In this document: positions 56,174 through 64,000 of the stretch, in pieces | How the letters are laid out: each line of letters begins with the position of its first letter | How positions within the stretch are numbered: position 1 is the stretch's first letter | NCBI GenBank assembly: GCA_049720225.1 | Contig: JBNASD010000003.1 | Span: 143 to 64,142 of the forward strand | DNA from: Microgenomates group bacterium | Lineage (GTDB): Bacteria; Patescibacteriota; Microgenomatia; PFEM01; JBNASD01 | Reading direction: 5' to 3' | Length of the DNA: 64,000 nt | Made by a program: the position numbers and the translations under genes | The notes under the pieces: model-generated | Database searches by the model: none | The model's input: only the letters and a program-made list of their open reading frames with translations | Told to the model about the DNA's origin: nothing

Positions 56174-57937
56174 ATGACCAAAGTGTCGATAATTTTTTTT
56201 CTTGGCTTAATAATCCGGTTATTTTTAATTCCCGCCCCTGGTTTTGAAGCGGATATTGCTTTTTGGAAATCGTGGAGCTTAGCGGCGGAAGAAAAAGGAA
56301 TCAATTGGCTTACCCAAAATACCAATTATAACTATCCTTCCGGTTTTGCCTTAATATTATGGTTGGTAGGAAAAATTTATCGCCTTTTTGCCGACCCCCA
56401 GAATTACAATCAATACTGGAATGCCCATAATTTTTTATATTTATTTTTAATCAAACTTATTCCTATTTTTTCCGACATTTTCCTTGCTTTAGGAATTTTT
56501 TTGTTTTTTAGTCAACCAGAAAAAATTAACCTTCCACCAAAAATCAAAAAACTAGCTCCTTTTTTGGCCGGCGCTTATTTTTTTCACCCATTAGTTCTTT
56601 ATGACGGTGTCTGGTGGGGACAGGTTGATAGTTTAGGGGCGGTATTTTTAGTTTGGAGTTTAATTTTTCTTTTTTGGCAAAAACCAGTTTTAGGAGCAAT
56701 AACCTTAACCGCCGGTTTTCTTTTAAAAATGCAATTGATGATTTTTTTACCTCTTTTTTTTATTATTTTATGGATTTATTGGTCTTGGAAAACTATGATT
56801 AAAGGAATTATCGCTTCTTTTCTTACTTTTTTATTTCTTTCTTTTCCATTTTTATTAGCCAATAATTTAGGACGAACCTTTACCTTAATTACCCAAAACG
56901 CTGATTGGTTTCCCCTTCTTTCTTTGCGAGCAGATAATTTTTGGTGGCTTTATTCGTGGGGAAAAGGAATGACTACTAGCGATAAAATTCTTACCCTCGG
57001 CATTATCCAAGCAAAAACTTTAGGTTTAATTTTATTCTCTGCTGGTTATCTTTTAGCTTTATTCGCCCTCCTTCCTAAACCTACTCCCCAAAAAATTTTA
57101 ATTAGTTTTTCTTTAGCCGGTTTTTCTTTTTTTCTTTTCCCTACTCAAAGCCATGAACGTTATCTTTTTCCTACGTTAGTCCTTTTATTATTCCTTGTCC
57201 CTTTTTATTGGGAGGATAAAAAGAAAAATATCTTTATTACTCTTCTTACCACCCTTTCTTTGGCTTCCTTAATTAATCTCAACAGTGCAATGAAAAACAA
57301 TTATCCTCACAACAGTTGGCCGTTTTTGGACTTTACTGCCAAAGGAGAAGGAGATATTCTTGTCTCTTTCGTTAATCTGGGAGCTTTTTTTTGGCTTTTA
57401 AATTTCTGGCGAAAAGAAATTAGCAGAATAGGATTAATTAGCGCTTGTTTTTTGATATTGCTAGGAATTATTTGGGGAAACTTAAAGTTTTTTTTAGGAA
57501 AACCAATTTCTTTAAGTTCTCTTAAACCCATTGATTATTCTCAAGATTTTGGCTCTCCTCAATTTAATTTAGCAGTTCAATCAACTTTTGGACCAAAAAG
57601 TTGGTCATTTTTAAGCGTTAACTGGTTTTTTTATCGGAAAGGAATTGGCACCCACGCTAATTCGAAAATCTCTTGGGATTTAGGTGGTCGGTTTAGTAAA
57701 TTTTTTACTGGTTATGGTGTAGATAGTTTAGCCAACCAATCTGCCTCAGTGATTTTTGAAATTTGGGGAGATGACCAACTTCTTTTCCGTTCCTCAAAAA
57801 TCACCCGCGCTGACCTTCCTCAAGCCACTGAAGTTTCCGTTAAAGGGGTAAAGACTTTAACGTTAGTGGTTAATGATGCCGGTGATGGCATTTATAGTGA
57901 CCATGCCGATTGGCTAGAACCAAGGCTTTATAAATAA
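56174..57937 (+). CDS. polytopic membrane protein with C-terminal NPCBM-like (GH98-type) carbohydrate-binding domain
   Basis: ~12 TMs then GIGTHANSKISWDLGGRFSKFFTGYGVDS...VIFEIWGDDQLLFRSS...VKGVKTLTLVVNDAGDGIYSDHADWLEPRL (NPCBM consensus incl. DHADWA-like motif). Confidence 0.55.
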   Translation: MTKVSIIFFLGLIIRLFLIPAPGFEADIAFWKSWSLAAEEKGINWLTQNTNYNYPSGFALILWLVGKIYRLFADPQNYNQYWNAHNFLYLFLIKLIPIFSDIFLALGIFLFFSQPEKINLPPKIKKLAPFLAGAYFFHPLVLYDGVWWGQVDSLGAVFLVWSLIFLFWQKPVLGAITLTAGFLLKMQLMIFLPLFFIILWIYWSWKTMIKGIIASFLTFLFLSFPFLLANNLGRTFTLITQNADWFPLLSLRADNFWWLYSWGKGMTTSDKILTLGIIQAKTLGLILFSAGYLLALFALLPKPTPQKILISFSLAGFSFFLFPTQSHERYLFPTLVLLLFLVPFYWEDKKKNIFITLLTTLSLASLINLNSAMKNNYPHNSWPFLDFTAKGEGDILVSFVNLGAFFWLLNFWRKEISRIGLISACFLILLGIIWGNLKFFLGKPISLSSLKPIDYSQDFGSPQFNLAVQSTFGPKSWSFLSVNWFFYRKGIGTHANSKISWDLGGRFSKFFTGYGVDSLANQSASVIFEIWGDDQLLFRSSKITRADLPQATEVSVKGVKTLTLVVNDAGDGIYSDHADWLEPRLYK

Positions 57938-57958
57938 ATTACCAATTGCAAATTTTCA

Positions 57959-60223
57959 ATGAGAAATCAATTTAACAATTTTCAAATAAAAGGAAAAAAT
58001 ATAAAAAATTTCAAAAGCCTTAGAAAAAAAATCTGGATTTTCTTTTTGTTAGCGGCAATCATTTTTAATTTCCTCACTCTTTGGCCGGAGTTAACAACTC
58101 GTTTAGACCCCAATGATAATATTTTTCAATTTGGATTAGTTCAAAGAATGGCGCAAATTTGGGATTTAGTTTTTACCGGCAAAATTTCTCCTTTGTCTTT
58201 AATTGACCATTGGGTTCCAGCCTGGGTGCTTGGTTATCCTCTTCCCTATTACTACCAACATCTTCCTCATCTGATTATTGTGATTTTCTATAAACTTTTA
58301 TTACAAAAGGTAAACTTATATAACATTTTTAAAATAGTAAAATTTCTTCTTTGGGTTAGTTATCCCCTTGCTCTTTATCAATCCGGTCGCTGGTTTGGCT
58401 TTTCCAAAATTACCTCTGCTTTAATGGCTTTCTTTGGTTCGCAAATCATTACCGATGGTCTTTATGGAGCGGATATTGTTAGCTTTGCCTGGCGAGGATA
58501 TGGTTTAACCACCCAACTTTTTGCCTTAATTTTTACTCCCCTGGCTTTCGCTTACGGTTGGCGAATTTTAAATCAAAACAAAATCTCTTTTCGTCAAATA
58601 GCTTGGTTAACCCTGCTTTTATCCGCCAGTTTTGCCTCTCATTTAGCTTTTGGTTATTTTGTTTGTTTTTCTTTATTATTTGCCCCCTTAGCTTTTCTTC
58701 CTTGGGAAAGACTACCTTATTTTTTAACTAACTTTGCCGAAGAAAAACTTCGCTGGCAACAATTGTTAAAACCAGTTTTTAAAAAATATCAAATTTTATT
58801 TCTGACTTTTTTAACCACTTTTCTTCTTTTAAGCTACTGGTTTATTCCCCTCTTTCTCCATAATCAATACCACAATATTTCTTTTTGGGATTCACCTTTA
58901 AAATGGAACTCTTACGGAGCCAAGGAAGTTATCGTGATGTTTTTAAGCGGCCAGCTCTTTGATTTTGGCCGACCACCGATTTTAACCGCCTTGGTAATTG
59001 GCGGTTTATTTTTGGCTCTTTCTCGATTTAAACCCCGTCACCGATTTTTGGTTTTTCTTTTTGGCTTTTGGTTTGCCTTGTATTTTGGGAGAACCACTTG
59101 GGGAAAATTAATCGACCTTCTACCAATGATGAGGGAAATGCACCAACAGCGGTTAGTGAATAGCTTACATATAGTTTGTATCTTTTTGATAGGTTTATTT
59201 GGAGGGTTTCTCTGGCGAAAAATTAAAAATTTGGCAATTAAATTGAAAATAAAACCTACTTTTATTGTTTCTTCTATCCTTTTTATCATCTTAGGAATTC
59301 CTGTTTATAAGGCAAACTGGCAGTATTTAAAACTTAATTCTTCGTGGATTAAACAGGATAATCAAGCTTATGAGCAAATAAAAAATGACTATCAGGCGCT
59401 AATAAACTATCTTAAAAGTCTTCCCCCAGGAAGAATTTATATCTTTAAAAAAACCAAGGACGGTCAACCATTCAATATTGGCCAAACCGCTATCTTTTTG
59501 GCTTTAAGCCGGGAAACTTTTCCCACCGTTGGTTTTCTTCCAGAAACTTGGTCACTTAATAGCGATATTGAACTTTTATTTGACGAAAACAATCCCCAAC
59601 ATTATCGCCTTTTCAATGTCCGTTGGGTAGTTTTGCCCCACGATAATCCTTTACCTGATTTTATGAAAGAAAAAGCAGTTTTTGGTCCTTTTAAGGTAGC
59701 AGAAGTGGAAAGCGGCGGTTATTTTACCCTCGGTACCAGTCAATTAAAAGTTAAAACGAACAAAGAGAATATTTTTAACTTTCTTCATTTATGGTTTTGG
59801 TCTGACAAACCTACGCAAAATGAGTTTCCTACTTTAGAACTTAATGGAGAAGATCCTCAACCACCAGTTTTTAATTCCCTTCCTTATTCCCATTTTTCCC
59901 CACCTAAAAATTTGGGAATTATTGATGAAGAAAAAGTAGAAGATGAAAAATATCAAGCAAAATTTACCGTTGCCGACTCTTGTCAAAATTGCCTTTTGGT
60001 TTTCAAAATGACTTATCATCCCAACTGGCAAGTATTTCTGGATGGTCAAAAAGCAGAAAAAATAATGGTTTTTCCCAGTTTTATCGCCCTTAAAGTCTCC
60101 CCAGGTGCGCATCAGGTAGTTTTTTATTACCAACCTTATTGGCTAAAAATCCCCCTTTTAATTATTGGTTGGCTTGTCTTTTTCTTTTTTGTTTTTAAAA
60201 GAAAATTTTTATTAAGGGATTAA
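57959..60223 (+). CDS. large polytopic membrane protein (YfhO/GT-C-like), hypothetical
   Basis: 754 aa, ~14 TMs plus C-terminal soluble domain. Confidence 0.5.
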   Translation: MRNQFNNFQIKGKNIKNFKSLRKKIWIFFLLAAIIFNFLTLWPELTTRLDPNDNIFQFGLVQRMAQIWDLVFTGKISPLSLIDHWVPAWVLGYPLPYYYQHLPHLIIVIFYKLLLQKVNLYNIFKIVKFLLWVSYPLALYQSGRWFGFSKITSALMAFFGSQIITDGLYGADIVSFAWRGYGLTTQLFALIFTPLAFAYGWRILNQNKISFRQIAWLTLLLSASFASHLAFGYFVCFSLLFAPLAFLPWERLPYFLTNFAEEKLRWQQLLKPVFKKYQILFLTFLTTFLLLSYWFIPLFLHNQYHNISFWDSPLKWNSYGAKEVIVMFLSGQLFDFGRPPILTALVIGGLFLALSRFKPRHRFLVFLFGFWFALYFGRTTWGKLIDLLPMMREMHQQRLVNSLHIVCIFLIGLFGGFLWRKIKNLAIKLKIKPTFIVSSILFIILGIPVYKANWQYLKLNSSWIKQDNQAYEQIKNDYQALINYLKSLPPGRIYIFKKTKDGQPFNIGQTAIFLALSRETFPTVGFLPETWSLNSDIELLFDENNPQHYRLFNVRWVVLPHDNPLPDFMKEKAVFGPFKVAEVESGGYFTLGTSQLKVKTNKENIFNFLHLWFWSDKPTQNEFPTLELNGEDPQPPVFNSLPYSHFSPPKNLGIIDEEKVEDEKYQAKFTVADSCQNCLLVFKMTYHPNWQVFLDGQKAEKIMVFPSFIALKVSPGAHQVVFYYQPYWLKIPLLIIGWLVFFFFVFKRKFLLRD

Positions 60224-60804
60224 TAAAAAAAATTTTCTTTTTAAATTTATTAATTTAAACAATTAAATTCTTAAAATTTAATTTAAGACGGTAAATAAGA
60301 GATAAAAAAAGAAAATTTTCGACTAATCAATAAAATCAAAAATCTGCTAAAAAAATCTTATAAAGTTTTATTCTAGGACGTCAAAATTCCCTGTTTTTTT
60401 AAACATTTTTAAAACAAAAAAGTTTTTATAAATTATTTTTTAAAAATTGTGTGTTCTTTTTTAATAAAAATTTTATGATTTATTTTTAATTAACCCTTTA
60501 AATAAAAAACTTTCCCCTTTTTATTAACTTTCATTTAAAAATCTTTTAAAAAATGGCTTTTAAGTTATAGGATTAAAGTTTTACTTTTTAACTTAAATAT
60601 ATCTTAATATATCATTTGCCATTTTTACCTTAGTTTTTGATTGTTGATATATTTAGATATTTTATGTATATATTAAAATGGGTATTTTGCGGTAATTATT
60701 ATCAGTGAAAATAAAAGTGAAAATAAAAACTCCCCCTAAAAACGAACTTCCGAGGCATTTTTTTATACCTGTTCTAAATATATCAAATTTAACAATCTCA
60801 TCTC

Positions 60805-60833
60805 TTGACAAACCTAAAAAATCTTATTATAGT
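60805..60833 (+). promoter_or_regulatory. sigma70-type promoter (TTGACA-17-TATAGT) upstream of 60903
   Basis: TTGACA at 60805-60810, 17-nt spacer, TATAGT at 60828-60833, ~70 nt before ATG. Confidence 0.5.
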
Positions 60834-60902
60834 AGATTTAAATAAAATATAATCTTGATATAATCAGTATAATTTGAACCTAAATTTGAAATTGCGGAAA
60901 AA

Positions 60903-61382
60903 ATGAACCTGCCCGAAAAATTTAAGCTTTATTTAATAACGCAAAAGTCTTCGCCGGTAACGGTTAAAAATTATGTGGCAGATATTAAAAAATTCCTTGA
61001 CTGGTTAGCCAAAAAAACCGGTATTCTCTATCAAGTCGCTGGGGCTTCTATTTTCGGCCTTTTTACTAAAGAAACAATCCTCGAATATCAGCAGGACTTA
61101 ATGAGTGCTAAAATTCCCTCATCAACAATTAATCGCTATTTATCGGCTCTTCGTAAATTTGGTGATTTTGCTTTAAGCCAAGGATGGCTCCAAAGTAATC
61201 CTGCAGATGAAATTAATAACGTTAGTTTGGAAAAAATAAAAACTTTTACCGCTGAAAACGATCAGGAAAAACTTTTAGCAGAATTTCAAAAGGACTTAGA
61301 GAAAGAAAAAGTCAGTTCCCTGACGATTAAAAACTATTTAGTCGATATTCGTCATTTTTTAAGTTGGTTAAAGAGAAATTAA
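60903..61382 (+). CDS. tandem phage-integrase N-terminal SAM-like (core-binding) domain protein lacking a catalytic domain
   Basis: Two copies of the XerD-type N-terminal pattern: ...PVTVKNYVADIKKFLDWLAKK and ...SSLTIKNYLVDIRHFLSWLKRN; 159 aa. Confidence 0.55.
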   Translation: MNLPEKFKLYLITQKSSPVTVKNYVADIKKFLDWLAKKTGILYQVAGASIFGLFTKETILEYQQDLMSAKIPSSTINRYLSALRKFGDFALSQGWLQSNPADEINNVSLEKIKTFTAENDQEKLLAEFQKDLEKEKVSSLTIKNYLVDIRHFLSWLKRN

Positions 61383-61425
61383 AAAAATTTTTAAAACTAA
61401 ACTAACCTATCTAAAAATAAATAAT

Positions 61426-61472
61426 CCCCCCAATTTAGGGGGGCGTGATTAAGTTAATTTTATAACATAATG
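61426..61472 (+). promoter_or_regulatory. repeated intergenic unit copy 1: GC hairpin (CCCCCC-AATTTA-GGGGGG) + CGTGATTAAGTTAATTTTATAACATAATG spanning next start codon
   Basis: Directly visible; the 3' part recurs at 62040-62066. Confidence 0.5.
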
Positions 61473-62048
61473 AAACAACTCTTGTCAAGCCAACCAGAAC
61501 AAATTTTAAAACTTAAGGGGCCAACGGTGGTGATTGTTGATTGGGCTAATGTCCATGGATGGGAGGAAAAACTCCGTTGGGAAATTGATTTGAAAAAACT
61601 TTATCGATATCTTAAGAGTTATCCGCAAATTCAAGAATTTCGTTTCTATTTTGGTACCGACGCTCATCCGGCTTCAAAACAACAGTTAAAACAAGCTCAA
61701 GAAATCGGTTTTAAAGTAATTACTAAAACGGTGAAATATCTCCCAATAAAAGACAAAAATATTGTCATTTGGAAAAGAAAGTGCGATTTCGACTTGGAAA
61801 TTGGCTTGGATTGTTTTGAAATGTTGGAAAAATTTGCTGGATTTATCTTTTTTAGCGGTGATGGTGATTTTGCTGCTTTATATCGCCGATTGGTGAAAAG
61901 AAAAAAACAGGTAATTGTGGTGGCTACTAAGTGGTCTTTAGGAAAAGAAATTACGCAAATTAAAAGAGGAGTTTATATCTTGCGGGTAAATAAACTTAAA
62001 AGTTTTATAAAAAAATCCCCCCGATTGAAAAATCGGGGGTGCGATTAG
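61470..62048 (+). CDS. NYN-domain (LabA-like, PIN-related) protein
   Basis: VVIVDWANVH..., FYFGTDA, FFSGDGDFAALYRRL...VIVVA match NYN/LabA consensus. Confidence 0.6.
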   Translation: MKQLLSSQPEQILKLKGPTVVIVDWANVHGWEEKLRWEIDLKKLYRYLKSYPQIQEFRFYFGTDAHPASKQQLKQAQEIGFKVITKTVKYLPIKDKNIVIWKRKCDFDLEIGLDCFEMLEKFAGFIFFSGDGDFAALYRRLVKRKKQVIVVATKWSLGKEITQIKRGVYILRVNKLKSFIKKSPRLKNRGCD

Positions 62049-62066
62049 TTATTTTATAACATAACC
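62016..62066 (+). promoter_or_regulatory. repeated intergenic unit copy 2: hairpin (CCCCCCGATT-GAAAA-AATCGGGGG) + TGCGATTAGTTATTTTATAACATAA
   Basis: Hairpin overlaps the last codons of 61470..62048; followed by TTGTCAAG and ATG of next gene. Confidence 0.5.
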
Positions 62067-62074
62067 AAAATTTT

Positions 62075-64000
62075 TTGTCAAGAAATGGAAATTACTAAAC
62101 AACAAATAACCAATTACCAACGCCGTTTACAGGAGTTGGGGCTTTCCCCCTCCTCAATTAAACGCCGAATGGCGGCGGTGCGCAAATTTTGTCAGTGGGC
62201 GGTAGAGAAAGGCTATCTAGCGAAAAATCCTTTTGCTCAACCAGTCACCGCGCCACGTTGGGTAAATAGATTTTTGGGTACCCAATTACCAAAAGGCGAA
62301 CCTAAAACTTGGCGGGAAAAAATTCTTGCTAAAATTCAACCCTTCCTCACTTCCCTTTTAACAAATATATCAAAAATTTACCAAGCATATACTTCTATAT
62401 CAATTACCCGCTACCTCCATTGGGCAATTTTGATTGTTTTGTGTACCGCCTTAGGATTTGGAATTTACGACCAGTTTATCCGTAAAGCGCCAGAAAAATT
62501 AGCTTATCCAAGCGTTCCTACTCCTCCCAAAAGATATTTAAGCTTTCAGGGGCGATTAACTGATTCTTCTAATAATCCCATCACTTCCGCTACAGAGATA
62601 ACTTTTAAGTTATGGAATCATGCTACTAATAATACCGAAGTCAGTTGCGATGGGGGCGGAGACGAAAACTGTTTATGGAGTTCAGGAACCTGCACCGTCA
62701 CTCCTGACCAGGATGGAATCTTTAATGTTATTTTGGGAACTACTTCTGGAGATGGTTATTCTTGTCCTTCGGCAACAGAAATTAGCGCCTCGGTTTTTAC
62801 CGAAAATGTTGAAGTTTGGCTGGGAGTAAAAGTTGATGGTGACGATGAAATGACGCCGCGGGTACAAATTGCCTCAGTGGCTTATGCTCTAAACGCCGCC
62901 ACTTTACAAGGTTTGCCCCCAGGCACTACCGCCTCCACTATCCCCTATATTAACTCTGAAGGAAAATTAGTAATTGCCGCTTCCTCTCCTACCATTGAAT
63001 CTACCTCCGGCACTTTTGCCATAAAAGGTCAAGCACTAACCATTACCACCGCCACCGGTTCTGATGGTAATATCACCTTAGCACCTGATGGATCGGGAGT
63101 GATAAACCTTATTCTTAACGCTCCAAAGGGAAATTTGCTAAATGCCTCGGCGGCAAATTTGGGAGCAAGCGGTCAAAAAGAAGAAAATACCCTTTATTAT
63201 GGTGTCGTGGCCAACGATAACACTAATTTTAATTTATTAAAACTAGAGTCCGGCTCTACCCCCACCCCAAAATTTACTATTGATGCTTTAGGTAATGCTT
63301 CCGCCGCTGGGAATTTACGAATTTTAGGAACAGGAAATAATTTTTTTGCTGGCAATGTGGGAATCGGTACTACCAATCCCGCTTACGGTTTAGATGTAGC
63401 TTTAGTTTCAAGTGGAATTTCCGGTAGATTCTCCGGAAGAGTCATTGGTGCGGATGCGGTAAATAGTAATGAGTTTGTAACGTTGGCGCAATTACAAGGA
63501 GGAAGTGGGAGTTTGTGGTTGGATGGTGGAGATTATCTTTATCCCAATTCTTCTTTTGCGACCAGTGTCATGGTACCTTCAGGAAATATTGGGATTGGAG
63601 TAACAGGAACTTCCGGATACAATCTTTATGTTTCCGGAACTGCTAATGTTTCTACTTCTTTAACTACACCTTTGATTATTGGTTCTTCTTCTTTAGCTTT
63701 AAGACCAGCTTCTAATTCTACTACCGCTATTCAATTACAAAATGCTTCAGGAACACCAATATTAAATATAGATACGACAAATCAAAGAATTGGAATTGGA
63801 ACTACTGCTCCTTCCTATTCCTTAGATGTTTCCGGAACCTTAAGAACCACGGATATCTCTTGGCTAGGAAGTGGGTTAACTGGACAGGGACTATATATCA
63901 ATTCCTCTGGTAACGTTGGCATCGGGACGACGGGACCACAACAAAAATTAGATGTTCGTGGAAGAATTTTTGTAGGAGATGCTTATGAGGACAGCGGTGC
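62075..64000 (+). CDS. large (>641 aa, runs off window) protein: N-terminal integrase-type SAM-like core-binding domain + TM helix + extracellular fibre-like region with repeated (N)[VI]GIGTTxPxxxLDVxG motifs
   Basis: Open frame from ATG 62075 to window end (hand-translated, no stops); N-terminal QITNYQRRLQELGLSPSSIKRRMAAVRKFCQWAVEKGYLAKNPFA; TM ISITRYLHWAILIVLCTALGFGIY; repeats NVGIGTTNPAYGLDV / RIGIGTTAPSYSLDVSG / NVGIGTTGPQQKLDVRG. Confidence 0.6.

Noticed and set aside
49841-60133. Short ORFs inside GT-C-like membrane protein genes (49841..50068, 49910..50101, 50451..50633, 52404..52655, 54972..55217, 55520..55735, 57307..57531, 59038..59289, 59834..60133)
   Set aside because: Embedded, mostly antisense, Phe/Lys/Ile low-complexity translations produced by AT-rich codon bias.
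61426-62066. Interpreting the repeated hairpin units as integron attC sites (given neighbouring integrase-domain genes)
   Set aside because: No GTTRRRY R-box pairs, no intI with catalytic domain, units span start codons rather than follow cassette ORFs; listed as a generic repeated leader.
1-64000. CRISPR arrays, rRNA genes, prophage structural modules
   Set aside because: No regularly spaced direct repeats with unique spacers, no rRNA-like conserved stretches, and no capsid, terminase or portal-like ORFs were seen; the only repeats are the hairpin family, the cassette arms and short tandem repeats listed above.

Overview
AT-rich bacterial window. Its gene content (large secreted and surface proteins, many polytopic membrane proteins that look like GT-C glycosyltransferases, a split comEC, small housekeeping genes) fits a small-genome, Patescibacteria/CPR-like organism; that assignment is inference. 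Housekeeping genes: wecG/tagA-like GT26, mreB, two abutting tRNAs (Arg-CCT, Pro-CGG), M18 aminopeptidase, ndk, M16 peptidase, argS, clpB (no N-domain), S41 peptidase, comEA-comEC (split), leuS. Accessory content: (i) at 1-7409, three or four secreted proteins (GH5 hydrolase, metallophosphoesterase, others) carrying dockerin-like Ca-binding repeats and a shared Pro/Thr-linker plus FN3-like Cys-containing C-terminal module. (ii) A small cassette flanked by inverted repeats carrying a frameshifted four-helix-bundle ('23S IVS protein') gene, with a solo remnant elsewhere. (iii) A family of seven copies of an 18-bp palindromic hairpin, with or without a 20-bp 5' extension, at gene ends. (iv) A duplicated two-gene surface-protein module resembling Firmicutes Csc (DUF916-like anchored protein plus partner), followed by C-terminally anchored proteins. 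(v) A ~22-kb glycosylation and modification locus: three GT2 genes, two B12-binding radical SAM genes, one SPASM-type radical SAM gene, two SAM methyltransferases, at least seven GT-C-like polytopic membrane proteins (four paralogous, one ArnT/PMT-like, one with an NPCBM domain). (vi) A terminal array of genes encoding integrase-N-terminal (SAM-like core-binding) domains without catalytic domains, a NYN-domain protein and a large fibre-like protein that starts with such a domain, all preceded by a repeated hairpin-containing intergenic element. No rRNA and no CRISPR array detected.
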